Source of the DNA: Selaginella moellendorffii
Taxonomy: Eukaryota > Plantae > Lycopodiophyta
Length of the DNA: 64,000 nucleotides
NCBI RefSeq assembly: GCF_000143415.4
Contig: NW_003314339.1
Coordinates: 427,751-491,750 of the forward strand
Direction: 5' to 3'
Shown here: piece after piece, positions 1 through 11,438 of the stretch
How the letters are laid out: every line of letters starts with the position of its first letter
How positions within the stretch are numbered: position 1 is the stretch's first letter
Position numbers and translations under genes: made by a program
The notes under the pieces: model-generated
Databases searched by the model: none
Seen by the model: only the letters and a program-made list of their open reading frames with translations
What the model was told of the DNA's origin: nothing

Positions 1-59
1 AGGGCGAGAGGAAGCGCCTTTGTCTAGGAATTTCATGTCGAAAAAGGAAGAGCATTGCA

Positions 60-1786
60 ATGGAGGCGCAGCCCGAGTCCCTGACGCGATTGCTCCAGTT
101 TTCGGTGCTTCCAATCGCCAAAGTTCTGGTCATGTGTGCGCTGGGATTGCTCATGGCCTCCTCCTACATCAACATCCTCAACGCCACATCGCGTAAGCAG
201 CTGAGCAAGGTAAGAGAGAAGCAACCCACTCCATGTAGATCCATCCATGGCTGCCTTGTTCCAGCTCGTCTTCCAAGTGTTCTTGCCGTGTCTCATCTTC
301 ACACAACTCGGAACAGCAGTGACCCTAGAGAAGCTGCTGGAATGGTAGTCAAGAAGCGCTGACTACCGGAACTTACGTGGTCCTTTTTGTCAACAGGTGG
401 TTCATCCCAGTCAACGTACTTATCTCCTCCACACTGGGCTGTTTGCTCGGCCTGCTCGTGGCGCTGCTCATCAAGCCACCGCCGCGCTTCTTCAAGTTCA
501 CCATCGTCATGATCGGCATTGGTATGTTCTTCCTCGCTCGCTTGCTTTTGGGTCCCGGAGCTCCATGAATCATGTCCCCGCAGGAAACATTGGAAACATA
601 CCTTTGGTTCTCGTTGGAGCGATTTGCCGGGACAAGAACAACCCCTTCAACGATCCAGACACTTGCAACACTGACGGCGTTGCGTATATATCCTATGGAC
701 AGTGGGTACGTATTCCAGTTTTGCTCCTGGTAGAGCTCATGGCGTATGTTCCATTGTTTTTGCTTCTGATGTTTTCTCTACTTCTGTATATAGGTGGGGG
801 CAGTGATCGTCTACACGTTCGTGTACAGGATGCTAGCACCTCCTGCTTCTGAAGAGGAAGAAGCCTCCAAGTCGCGAGAGCCTCTCCTTGTTGATCACAG
901 CAGTAGCGACGCAAGCGAAAGCGACAATGTTGTTCCATCCACGAACAGCAAAGTAAGTTGTCAACTCGACTCTTGTGTGAGATCTTCTCAACAGTGCCGG
1001 AAAGTGTCGCAGGCCGTGGCCCGAATCAAGCTGTGGCTACAGAGCGCGAGAATTGGAGACATACTTCAGCCACCGGTTGCAGCATCTGTACGTTGAGAGA
1101 TCGCGTTTTGTTTTCTCGTTTCAGTCGCTGGAAACAGTGGATTTTGTGCAGCTTCTGGCACTGGTGTTTGGAGCAACGCCATTCCTCAAGATGCTCTTCC
1201 TGGAAGACGATGCGGTGTTCTACTTCCTCTCCGACAGCCTCAACATCCTCGGGTATGGCATGGCACTTTTTGTTTTTCTCGTAAGCTGCTTGCTCTTGTG
1301 GATCAGTGGAGCCATGATCCCATGCATCATGCTCGTCCTCGGAGGGAATCTCGTCAAAGGTTGGAGCGATACGAATCCGGAACTTTAGTTTACTCACTCG
1401 CCACTGTTGTTTCCAGGACCTGGAGCGTCCGAGCTGGGACTCAAGACGACGGTGGCCATCACGGTGGTGAGGCTGGTGCTGGTGCCTCCAATGGGCATTG
1501 CCGTGGTTTCACTCGCCGAGAAGCTCAACTTGCTACCACCCAACAACAAGATGTTCCGCTTCGTGCTGCTGCTCCAGCACTCGATGCCAACCTCCATTCT
1601 CGCAGGTAAAATCCAAGGATTTTGGATGAATGGATCGAACTAACACTGCAAATCTTCGCAGGAGCGGTGGCCAGCCTCCAAGGTTACGCCGAGCAAGAAG
1701 CCTCCGCGATACTGTTTTGGGAGCACATAGCGTCCGTGGTCACCATGACCGGATGGTTGGGTGTCCACGTAAACTACCTCTCGTAA
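60..1786 (+). CDS. PILS: PIN-LIKES (PILS) auxin efflux carrier family membrane protein, multi-exon
   Basis: ATG at 60. Spliced exons read LLQFSVLPIAKVLVMC..SRKQLSK / LVFQVFLPCLIFTQLG.. / WFIPVNV..PPPRFFKFTIVMIGIG / NIGNIPLVLVGAICRDKNNPF..GVAYISYGQW / ..AMIPCIMLVLGGNL / ..MFRFVLLLQHSMPTSILA / ..ASAILFWEH; TAA at 1784-1786. These are typical PILS motifs, with ~50 bp GT-AG introns. Confidence 0.92.
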
Positions 1787-2013
1787 CTTCTATTATCTTA
1801 ATATTCAAAGCTGGGCGAATATGCCCCTCGTCCGTCCCATTCACATTGTCCGCGAATTATCTACGTGGCAGCCTTCTCTCCCTCCGATGCGCGCGGCCGC
1901 CACCGTCCATTTAACCCATCTCGTAGCGACCGCTCCCCCCCTCTCTCTGTCTCTCTCTTTTTTTTCCTCGCTCGCTCGCTCTCGTCCAGTTTTGAGAGGA
2001 GCGGAGGGGCAAG

Positions 2014-3459
2014 ATGGGCAACTGGGCGATGTTCGACAGCATGCTGGCGGACACGGGCTACGCCGTCGCACAAGCGGAGCTCCCTCAACTCGCAGATCGA
2101 ATGGAGCGGCTCGAGAGCCTCGGAGTCGAGCGCTTCGATCAGGACGTGGTCCACTCCAACCCATCCGACATCTCCGGCTGGATCGACAGCCTCATCGAGC
2201 AGCAAACCCGAGGTAGTCCGCTAGACTCGCAGCAAGATAACACCAGCAGCAGCCCCTCGCCGCCATCTCTGTTTAGCTCTTGTCCTCACGACTCGAGCAG
2301 GATCGCCACCACCACCAGCGCGCTGCCTCTCCACATGATCCACACCCAGACCGATGACGAGCAGCAGGACGACCAAGAGGCAAACGGGCTCAAGCTCATC
2401 CACTTGCTCTTCGCTTGTGGAGCCTGCCTTGGCCGAGAGGATGACAAGTCTGCCAAGGCCGAGGAGTTTCTCAACCAGATCCGCATGCTGCTACTCTCCA
2501 TGGGTGACAGCGCTGGAGCTATCGGCCGAGTGGCTGCTTACTTCGTCGAGGGTCTCTCTCGCCGGATCCTCTTTGGTTCTCTCCCAGCAGCACAAGCCGA
2601 GGAAGCCGATCCAGCATTCCTCGAGAGCTTCTACCGGACCTGTCCCTTCCTCAAGTTCGGCCACTTCACCGCCAACCAAGCCATGTACGAGGAGCTCGAG
2701 GAGGAGCGGAGCGTGCACATCATCGACTTCGAGTTTGGGCTGGGTGTCCAGTGGCCGCCGCTCATCCAGATGCTGGCTATCCGGCCCGGGGGGCCTCCGT
2801 CCCTCCGCTTGACCGCCATCGCCCCCGACCACCTCCAGTTCCAAGTCCACCACACTGGAAACAGGCTCGCTCGGTTCGCGGCTAGTATAGGCGTCGATCT
2901 CCAGTTCCAGACCGTCAACTCCATCGCCTCCGTCCTGGTCTACCCCGGCGAGGCTCTGGCTGTAAACTCCATGCTACACCTTCACCGCCTCGTTGACGAT
3001 AGCCTCGACTCGGTCCTGGCATCGGTGAGACGCCTGTCTCCCAAGATCTTCACGCTGCTCGAGCAGGATGCCAGCCACAACAGCCCCGACTTCGACAACC
3101 GCTTCAACGAGTGCCTCCACTACTACTCCGCCATCTTCGATTCAATCTACCAGCAGTTCGGTCAAGTGGAGCAAGCGGTTCTCGAGTCCGAAGCCCACCT
3201 GGGCCGAGAGATCGTCAACATCCTTGCGTGCGAAGGCAGAGCCCGAGTCGAGAGGCACGAGCGGCTGGAGCAGTGGACTCGGCGGATGTCCGGCATGGGC
3301 TTCAAACCGAGGCACCTCGGGTCCAATGCTTACAACCAGGCTGCCACCTTCTTGACCATTTTCCCAGGGGGTGGTCACACCATCCAAGAGACTGCCGGTT
3401 GCCTGACGCTCGGGTGGCAGTCGCGTACCCTGTTTGCAGCCTCTGCCTGGCGCTGCTAA
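2014..3459 (+). CDS. DELLA-subfamily GRAS transcriptional regulator (intronless) with a divergent DELLA motif
   Basis: 481-aa ORF with VHIID, FYRTCPFLKFGHFTANQA, RPGGPPSLRLT, ACEG..RVERHE, LGSNAY and C-terminal LTLGW..SAW. The N-terminus FDSMLADTGY..LADRMERLE..VHSNPSDISGWIDSL corresponds to the DELLA/LExLE/VHYNP motifs. Confidence 0.93.
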   Translation: MGNWAMFDSMLADTGYAVAQAELPQLADRMERLESLGVERFDQDVVHSNPSDISGWIDSLIEQQTRGSPLDSQQDNTSSSPSPPSLFSSCPHDSSRIATTTSALPLHMIHTQTDDEQQDDQEANGLKLIHLLFACGACLGREDDKSAKAEEFLNQIRMLLLSMGDSAGAIGRVAAYFVEGLSRRILFGSLPAAQAEEADPAFLESFYRTCPFLKFGHFTANQAMYEELEEERSVHIIDFEFGLGVQWPPLIQMLAIRPGGPPSLRLTAIAPDHLQFQVHHTGNRLARFAASIGVDLQFQTVNSIASVLVYPGEALAVNSMLHLHRLVDDSLDSVLASVRRLSPKIFTLLEQDASHNSPDFDNRFNECLHYYSAIFDSIYQQFGQVEQAVLESEAHLGREIVNILACEGRARVERHERLEQWTRRMSGMGFKPRHLGSNAYNQAATFLTIFPGGGHTIQETAGCLTLGWQSRTLFAASAWRC

Positions 3460-3598
3460 ACGCAAAGCAATGCAACGCAACGCAGCACGAAGTCCTGTAC
3501 ACATTGTAAGTAGCTATATAAAAAGATTGACAATACCAAAACTTTTCTATGATTTTTCTCCCTTTTCTCTTACCTCGACACTTGTATTGGCAGCACGA

Positions 3599-4534
3599 CT
3601 AGCAGCAGCCCGGGTGTTCGTGGCCGTGGTGGTGGTGATGCGAGCAGTGTCCATGTCCGTGCTCCTCGATTTCGTGACCGTGATGGTGATGGCCGTGCGA
3701 GTGATGGTGATGGTCGTGAGAACAGCACGAGTGCGAGTGCGAGTGGTCGTCGCTGTAAACTTCGTAAGACTGCTCGGCTTCGTCCAGTAGCGCTGAATCG
3801 GGCCTGGGAAACCGCAGCTTCAAGCGGAAGGCGTCGACTCCGTTGAGGTAGTACTTGTCCAGCCGCTTGGCTCGCAGGAAACCGAGATTTCCATACAACG
3901 CGAGTGCTCCTACGTTGCTCACTTCTGCCTCGAGCGCCACCTGAAAGAACAAAAAACTATGAGAATTGATAGTGATGCATAGTTGTCCATGATCCACGAC
4001 ACACACACACACACACACAAAGAACAATTTAGAAAAAGAAAAGGAAGAGAAGTCGAAAGAGAAGTCTCCACTAACCTCGTCACACCCAGAGTCCCGCATC
4101 ACCGATACGCACCTCGTCACAAGCTCCGTGGCTGGGAAAACCAAGAGAAAAAGAAGGAAGCATCGCGCTTGTTTGCCAATTTTTTTTGTTCTTACAAACC
4201 TATGCCTTTGCCTCGGTACGCCGTGATCACCACCAGCATTGCAATGTAACCGCGAAAGGAGTTTCTATGGTGGCCCATCTTGCACACTATAGTGCCCACG
4301 CATTTGTCCTTGTCGAAAGCCTGCGATGAGACGATTTCCACGATCATATCGATAGCTTTGAAATTCTAGAGGCGAATTTCTTACCAGGTAACAGAGATTT
4401 GGCCACAAAGTGATGAAATACCGATACGTGAAGATGGAATAGGGCTCGCTCAGCTCGCTGTCGACGAGACTCATCACCAGCGGCAGCTGCTCCTCGCCTT
4501 TGTAGCTCTCGTAGCGAATCGCATCGTCGGCCAT
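3599..4534 (-). CDS. NAA30: N-alpha-acetyltransferase 30 (NatC catalytic subunit, MAK3) with a His-rich C-terminal tail
   Basis: Exons [25 protein letters not shown] / ..[15 protein letters not shown] / ..LVTRCV..M..SGCDE / [41 protein letters not shown], followed by a His/Cys-rich tail. Confidence 0.92.
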
Positions 4535-4622
4535 CGCGGGGAAGCCGCAAGAACAAACCCTAAATCTTCACTTCCCTCTTTTTTATTCCAAAAAATTTGG
4601 AGCTCACTTCTTTTGTCCTAGG

Positions 4623-6055
4623 CTACAAGACGAGCTTCTTGAAAATGAGCACGCAGATCATGAAGACGCACAGTGCGATCAAAACCATGACGCAAAAAAC
4701 CATGTCTCCCTTTTTTTGCGTTCTTTCGGCCTGTTCATTGACACAAAAAGAAGATCTTAGCGTTGCGAGAATGACAAGCGAGAGATCTAACAGACCTGTT
4801 CTAGCTCTCGGACTCCTTGCTCGATCGAGGTGGCCACTTGTTGGACGTTGTAATCGATTCGATCGACTATAGTTCCCTGAGTTTTTTCAAAGAAAATGAT
4901 CGATTGAGAACTTAAGCTCCTGATACCACACGCATACCTGATCGATTACAAGCGTGGAGAGGTCTTTCATGATCTGCGCGAGATCGTTCACAGACTCCAT
5001 TATCTGCACAGACCAGCTGCATTGGAAAACTTTTCCCAAACAACGCAATGAGTAGAGTACCTGTTGGACTTCCTTCTCCCGTTCCTCGCTCAGCACCTCG
5101 GCCTTCTTGAGCCGGGACATCTGTTGCTCGTTGAATCCCTGGAACAAGCCAGTCCACCTTTCAGTTTAGAGAAAAACCAGAAAGTAAACAAGCGCGAGTG
5201 CTTACCGGGTCATAAAACTCGTCCTCTTTTCCCCGCTCGTATGACGCAGTGATGGATGCACGCTGCAAAGCCAAGAAAGAAAGCACCAACACCGTGAGCT
5301 AAAATGCGATCCAGAGAGAAAAAAAAAACACTGACTGACCTCTTGCTGCTGCTGCTGCTGCAAACGCTGTAAGTAGCCTTTCTGATGCTTGCGAAACTCA
5401 ACGGACAAAGTTTGGAGGTCGGTCGCCAGAGATCTCTGCTCACAGCGAAACATGTTGGTCCACCGCAATCCAAGAAAAAGAAGAAAGAATACAAACCTGC
5501 ACATTCACACGCAGCTTCATGTCTTCCGAGTGTCCTCGATCCTGAGAAAGCTGCCTCAGCTTTTGTTCACATTTCTTAAGCAGTCTGGTTATGTCTTGAC
5601 TCATCAATTCTATGTTGTGTTCTTGGCCTTTACCTTTGATGTCATCAAACGTTGGCATGAGCGCTCGAGCATGAGCTTTGGCCAACTCTCCCATCTTGGA
5701 CCGGATCTTCTGCATGTCGATTGCAACTTCTTCCGAGACATCAACCCAAGGCGGTGGCAATCCCACCGATACAACACCTTCCCTGGTGGAGATCAAGCAC
5801 AACAAGAAAAGAGGAAAACGAAGAAGAAGTTTGAGTTGAATCGAGCAAAGAAATCCAGAAAAAAAATTTCTACCTGGAGCCATCCACGTCCACCGTGCTG
5901 AGCCTGTTATATCCGGAAGCAGCCCCTCGCAGGAGGGGCGCATTGGAGAGCTCCACGACAGCGCCTTGTGCCGACGTGGACGCTGACGCTGGCCGCACTT
6001 GCTGTAGGGCAGTGCGGTACTTGCGAAACAGAGCTGTGCGATTGCGCGTGGCCAT
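4623..6055 (-). CDS. SYP4: Qa-SNARE syntaxin of plants 4 (SYP41/42/43, Tlg2/syntaxin-16 family)
   Basis: MATRNRTALFRKYR.. / GLPPPWVDVSEE..ELAKAHARALMPTFDD / RSLATDLQTLSVEFRK.QK.YL / ERE.EV.Q..ESVNDLAQIMKDLSTLVIDQ / GTIVDRIDYN.., ending in a C-terminal TM helix; TAG at 4623-4625. Confidence 0.92.
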
Positions 6056-6650
6056 TGTCGAGCGGCAATCCCAAAACCCTAAAACACTGCCATCGCTCCA
6101 AAGATCTCCTGTGCGTGATCATCAGAGATCCAAGCTAATCCCCCACTCGCCCCCCTCCTCTACATCATTCTAGATTCTAGGTGAGTAGTCCCTCGCGAAG
6201 CCCTAGCAGAAGATCTCCGCGCTCTCCCACCCTACCAGATCCGACGAGAGGGACACCGCAGCTAGCTCCGCATTCTCGCGACCTCAAGCTTTAGGGCTCG
6301 CGGGTGACGTGGCGATGACGCGGGATCCAGGTCACCATTCGCGTCCACGTCGCGTAACAAAAAAGGGAAATAGCGTGGGCTTGTCAAGTAGCATTCGCGC
6401 TTTGCACAAGTTCCATGTTGCCACGGTGGGTGTGATATTTTCCTATCATTTTAATTTTTTTTTTCATGATTAACAGTACTCCGGGAGTGTTACTCTCGTA
6501 TAAAAGATCGTCATTCTCCATCGATCCGTGCGATCACATCTCTTTTCCCCGAAAAGACTCGCAAATATCACAGATCGCGGGCTCGCCAGTTGCCCAGCCA
6601 GATATTTTAAAGATCGAGCTAGAGCCCTCTAGATCGATCAATCGCGCGCG

Positions 6651-7259
6651 ATGAAATCGCGGAGGGACAGGGACAAGGACGAGGCCGCGAGCCTGTGCAA
6701 AGCAGCAGCTTGGGCGTGGCATTTGCACGGTGGAGGAGCAGCAGCGAGCGTCCTTTCCGCCAAAACGATCGAGGAGCGGAGGACTTGGCACACCAAGGCG
6801 TCTCGCTTCCTCGCGGAATCCCGGCGGCGCCAGCAAGCTCCGGTCATCGATGATCATCCCATGATCATACCCAAGCAGCGCTTCACTCCGCGAGCACCTT
6901 ATCTCCTCAAGTGGGATTGCGGCAGTTTGCTCTTCGATTCGTACGAGCTGGTCGCGCTCTCCACGCAGCTGGACCGGGATCTCTCGCCTCCATCGCCCAC
7001 AGCTTGCTCGCTCAAGGCCCGGGAAGCTCATGCTATCCAGGAAGTTCCCGGAGAAATCGGTTGCGATTGCCAGCACGAGGAGATTGGTTTTCAAGATGCC
7101 CAAGACGAAGGGGAAGACAACGATGGCGATGAGGAAATCGCGAGCTGCGGCAAAGCCATGGGCTGTTTGCCCCTGTCCGTGCAGGGGAGAAGGAGAAGTA
7201 GCCTCCTGTCGAGAGCTACGCATCAATCGCTACGGTTGGTGTCGTGTGTGTCGAGCTAG
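6651..7259 (+). CDS. Uncharacterised plant-specific protein (AAAWAW...SRF...WDCGSxLxDSYEL family)
   Basis: 202-aa ATG-initiated ORF with the motifs KAAAWAWH, ASRFLAE and WDCGSLLFDSYELVALSTQL, which I recognise from small uncharacterised land-plant proteins. Confidence 0.65.
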   Translation: MKSRRDRDKDEAASLCKAAAWAWHLHGGGAAASVLSAKTIEERRTWHTKASRFLAESRRRQQAPVIDDHPMIIPKQRFTPRAPYLLKWDCGSLLFDSYELVALSTQLDRDLSPPSPTACSLKAREAHAIQEVPGEIGCDCQHEEIGFQDAQDEGEDNDGDEEIASCGKAMGCLPLSVQGRRRSSLLSRATHQSLRLVSCVSS

Positions 7260-7350
7260 AAAACTTATAAGAAAACTTGAAGCTCCAGATTTAGGGTTCT
7301 TGCGTGAAAACGGTCATTTAAGAGAGGCAAGCCGAGCAAAAGCTCTGGCT

Positions 7351-8470
7351 ATGGCGGACGCTTGGAGCATCCGGAGAGTCTACTTGGCGCTCTACAACTG
7401 CATTCTTTGTGCTGGGTGGTAAGATATATGCCTTTGCGCTTCCTTCGTGTGATCGCTCTCGCAGGGCTTCCGTGCTTGTTCGAGCTCTCGCGGCCTTGAA
7501 CGGATCCGGCTACTCTGCTGTCTATGACTCCATTGAATTGCCCCTCCAGCTCTCGCAAACCGCAGCGATCCTCGAGGTGAGATCCAAGCCTACGTTTCTT
7601 CGTTTCTTCGTTTTCCTGACGTCCAGATGCTTGTGAGCCGTGTAGATAATCAACAGCCTCGCTGGTAAGATTTTTGTGTTCTTGTTTCGTGACTTGTGAG
7701 ACGATGATGAATGCAGGGATTGTGCGCTCGCCCGTCAGTGCAACTCTGCCTCAGATCTCTTCACGCCTCTTCGTTACGTGGGGTGTTCTCTGGAGTTTCC
7801 CAGAGGTAGTAAGATCTTACAAGCTCCCATGAGTTGGGAAGAAATAAAAAGGAACTTTTTTTTTGGTGTTCTTACTTTTCTTTGTTGCACAGACGAGGTC
7901 GCATTGGCTTGTGACGCTTCTCGTTCTCAGCTGGTCGGTAACAGAGGTAATTCGCTACTCGTTTTTCGCTGCAAAGGAGGCTTTTGGCTTGACACCCGGT
8001 TTTCTGCATTGGCTACGGTGAGTGAGATCTCAGATCTTTGACAAACTGGGTGGTTTTTCTAACATTTTTTTTTGGATCGATGTCTCCAGGTACAGCACTT
8101 TCTTCGTCTTGTATCCAACCGGAATCTCTGGCGAAGTGGGTCTCACCATGCTTGCTCTCTCTCACATGAAGGTTAGTCAGTAAAAAATCCAGTTTTGGAA
8201 GAAGCAAAATCTGGATTTGATCCCATCGATGACCTTTGGTTGTCGCAGTCCTCGAAGAAGTACTCGATCGAGATGCCCAACGCCTTCAACTTCGCGTTTT
8301 CATACTACTACACGTCCCTGCTCGTGCTCTTGCTCTACGTTCCAGGTATTTTACGAAGAAAAAGAGCGCACTCTCATTCTTTGTGGCCTCTAGGTGTCCC
8401 TTTTCTCTACACGTACATGATCGGCCAGCGCAAGAAGAGCTTGGCCAGGACAAGCAAGAAAGTTGCCTAG
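7351..8470 (+). CDS. PAS2: Very-long-chain 3-hydroxyacyl-CoA dehydratase (PASTICCINO2/HACD/PTPLA)
   Basis: MADAWSIRRVYLALYN.. / ..QTAAILE / GIVRSPVSATLPQI.SRLFVTWG / ..SWSVTEVIRYSFF / RYSTFFVLYPTGISGE / KYSIEMPN.FNFAF.Y / P.LYTYMIGQRKKSL; TAG at 8468-8470. Confidence 0.92.
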
Positions 8471-8548
8471 AGCGCTCAAGCTTTTTGTCTGTGGTGTTCT
8501 AACTTCCATTTGTTTGAAAGCTCTTTACCCACATTCTCACTTCCAAGG

Positions 8549-8556
8549 TAGGGTTT
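8549..8556 (-). promoter_or_regulatory. Telo-box (AAACCCTA) just upstream of the SPO11-3 ATG; similar boxes at 4555-4563 and 6074-6082
   Basis: TAGGGTTT lies 4 bp before ATG 8561. AAACCCTAA lies within 30 bp of the NAA30 and SYP4 start codons. Confidence 0.5.
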
Positions 8557-8560
8557 TTCC

Positions 8561-9808
8561 ATGGCGCCGAGGCGCGGCGGCGATGGCGGCAATCCTGGTG
8601 GCGAGCTGCGCAAGCGCCTCAAGACGGACGGCTCGATCCTGCAGATCATCAAGGACTTCGCCGAGGCAACGGCGAGAGCCGGCATCCGAGGTGAGAAGCG
8701 CAGCTTGAGCGATCTAGCCCTGGAGGAATCGTGTAGGGAGGTGGCGGAGCTGGGCAGCGGCGAGGTGAAGGAGGAGATCGAGAAGCTCGTTCTGTCCGTG
8801 ACCAAGTCGATCCTCCAAGGCCAGGGCCTGGCTTACACGGTCCCGTCGCGGACGAGCGCCAACCAGCTCTACGTCGAGGAGCTTGACAGGATCGTTCTCA
8901 AGGACAAGACCTCCATTCGCCCCTTCGCGAGCAGCTCCACCGTGAAGAAGACCGCCATCACCACCCGGATCCTGGAGCTCGTCCACCAGCTTTGCTCCAA
9001 GCAGATCCACGTTACCAAGCGCGATCTCTTCTACACGGACGTGAAGCTCTTCACCGAGCAGGCCCAGTCGGACACCGTCCTGGACGACGTCTCGTGCATG
9101 CTGGGCTGCACGAGAACCAGCCTCAACGTGGTAGCGTCGGAGAAAGGCGTGGTGGTGGGACGCCTGGTGTTCGTCGAGGACGGCGACCGGATCGACTGTA
9201 CCAAGATGGGCGTCGGCGGCAAGGCCATCCCGCCCAACATCGACAAGATCCAGGACATGGAGAGCGACGCCCTCTTCATTCTCCTGGTGGAGAAGGACGC
9301 GGCCTTCATGCGCCTGGCCGAGGACCGCTTCTACAACCGGTTCCCGTGCGTGATCGTCACCGCGAAAGGCCAGCCGGACGTAGCGACTCGACTCTTTCTC
9401 CGCAAGATGAAGATGGAGCTGAGGCTTCCGGTGCTGGGCTTGGTGGACAGCGATCCTTACGGCCTCAAGATCTTGTCGGTCTACATGAGCGGCTCCAAGA
9501 ACATGTCCTACGATAGCGCGAGCCTCACCACCCCGGATATCAAGTGGCTGGGAGTCCGGCCCTCGGACTTGGACAAGTACCGGATCCCGCAGCAGTGCCG
9601 GCTGCCCATGTCGGAACTGGATGTCAAGACTGGACGGGATTTGCTGGAGGAAGATTTCATCAAGAAGGATCCTCGGTGGTACCAGGAGCTGGAGCTTATG
9701 GTGAAGAACAAGGAGAAGGCCGAGATCCAGGCGCTGAGTAGCTTTGGCTTCCAGTATCTCTCGGAGGTTTATCTCCCCATGAAGCTCCAAGAGAGGGATT
9801 GGATTTGA
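8561..9808 (+). CDS. SPO11-3: DNA topoisomerase VI subunit A (SPO11-3/RHL2/BIN5 type), intronless
   Basis: 415 aa with the catalytic-Tyr motif [19 protein letters not shown] motifs VEKDAAF and [11 protein letters not shown], and KAEIQAL. Confidence 0.96.
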   Translation: MAPRRGGDGGNPGGELRKRLKTDGSILQIIKDFAEATARAGIRGEKRSLSDLALEESCREVAELGSGEVKEEIEKLVLSVTKSILQGQGLAYTVPSRTSANQLYVEELDRIVLKDKTSIRPFASSSTVKKTAITTRILELVHQLCSKQIHVTKRDLFYTDVKLFTEQAQSDTVLDDVSCMLGCTRTSLNVVASEKGVVVGRLVFVEDGDRIDCTKMGVGGKAIPPNIDKIQDMESDALFILLVEKDAAFMRLAEDRFYNRFPCVIVTAKGQPDVATRLFLRKMKMELRLPVLGLVDSDPYGLKILSVYMSGSKNMSYDSASLTTPDIKWLGVRPSDLDKYRIPQQCRLPMSELDVKTGRDLLEEDFIKKDPRWYQELELMVKNKEKAEIQALSSFGFQYLSEVYLPMKLQERDWI

Positions 9809-9876
9809 CAGTCCTAGAAAGAGCTAGCTAGCTAAGTTGTGAGTTTTCCGCGAAGAGCCCTAGGAGGGAAAGAATC

Positions 9877-10232
9877 ATGGCGCGAGGGGATCGAGACGAG
9901 GAGGCGCAGGCGCAGGCGCAAATGAGCCCCGACGAGGTGAATGCTCTCGTGGCGGAGGTTGTACGGCATATGTTGTTTAGGAACTTCCAGCAGCCGGGAG
10001 TTCCTGTGAGGCGGGAGGAGCTTAACCAGATCGTCACCCGGAGCTACAAGCAGCAAAGGGGGCTTTCGGGTGTGGTGATCGACAGGGCGCGCAAGAAGAT
10101 CGCGAGCGTGTTTGGGATGGAGATGCACGAGCTCCACAAGTTACCGCGGCAACACAGTGCCCGAGGTGGTGGCGCTGGTTCCCAAGGAGGTAATGCCGTG
10201 TGTAGTGTACCACTCGCGCACAACTTGGAGTG

Positions 10233-10283
<51 letters not shown>

Positions 10284-11109
10284 TTTCCGCTTCCTCGATC
10301 ATTCACTCTCACTCACACTATGGCACTTGCAGCGAGTAGCGAGCCGTCACGGGAGTATTTCGTCAAGAGCACCGTCCCCCTGGAGGCTCGCCGGGAGTTT
10401 GTGGACGCTCCAAGTGCGGTGGCGCTGCGGGGCCTGGCGCTGGCCATCGTCTCGATAATTCATCTCTCCCCCGGGAGGAGTTGCAAGCAAGGTGGGTTCT
10501 CTCCATTTCGCTTGCTACTCGAAAGAATCATGTTCTTTCTCTCGGCAGAGGACTTGTGGCTTCACCTGGGGAAGCTGGGAATCGAGGAGGACGACGAGAG
10601 GCACCCGGTGTTTGGGAGCATCAAGCACACCATGGAACTCCTCCAACGGCAGAGGTAAAGTGTGAGAGAGAGTTCTCAAACAAGTGTGTGATTCTTTCTC
10701 GGCTCCAGACACTTCCACAAGGAGAGGAGCGAAGATGGTTTCGTGTACACGCTGGCCGAAAGGTCCCTGGAAGCAAATGTTGCGAAGAAGATCAGCACCT
10801 GGATACCCAAGGTATGTTTTGTGCTCTGCTCATTCATACACACGACAGGCTTTGGCGAGCAGAATCTAACGAGCGCTGCTGGTCTTGCAGTTTATGGAAT
10901 GGGACATGTTCGCCCACGATAGTGACAGTGACGATAGCGATGACACTGCTGCTGCTCCCGCTGATACTGCTGCTGCTGCTACTGCTACTGCTGCCGCTTC
11001 GCAAGGTGCTGCTGCTAATGGCGATGGCGATGGCGATGAGGGCGACGAGGAGGAGGAGGAGGAGCACGGCCATGGCGACGAGGAAAGGGAGAGCTTAGAG
11101 TCAGAGTAG
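9877..11109 (+). CDS. NSE3: MAGE-homology protein, probable SMC5/6 subunit NSE3, with an acidic C-terminal tail
   Basis: LVAEVVRHMLF....GVPVRREEL....VIDRA..K..SVFGMEM.EL / EYFVKS / LWLHLGKLGI....HPVFG......L..QR / Y..K.......YTLAERSL matches the MAGE winged-helix pattern. The last exon is D/E/A-rich. Confidence 0.8.
10235..10280 (+). repeat. (CT)n microsatellite in intron 1 of the MAGE/NSE3 gene
   Basis: About 23 perfect CT units visible. Confidence 0.95.
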
Positions 11110-11438
11110 TGGCAACGTAACCACGACTAACGCGAACGCAGCCAGATTCTATACTGCTGTCTGTCTGGCCAGCTAAACAGGAGAGCTCCGTCCGCATCAT
11201 CCAAAAGTTTGAAGCAAGCATTTTGTTCTAGGCCTAGACACGCACAGAAACATGAATGATCAACTTGGTTACATTCTAACAAGCTTTGCTTTGCTTCGAG
11301 CTCTTCAAAGAGAGAATATATGTACGCCTAGACAAGACAAGAGGAAGAACGAAGAGCTTATTTTATCACGCACTTCGTACTACTTAGAAGGAGAAAACTG
11401 TGATCTCAACGTTTCCAAGCACAAAATCCTTGAAAGAT

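Noticed and set aside
8714-9790. 358-aa antisense ORF over SPO11-3 (and similar shadow ORFs over GRAS and 6534-7226)
   Set aside because: Typical antisense shadow of GC3-rich coding sequence, with no recognisable motifs.
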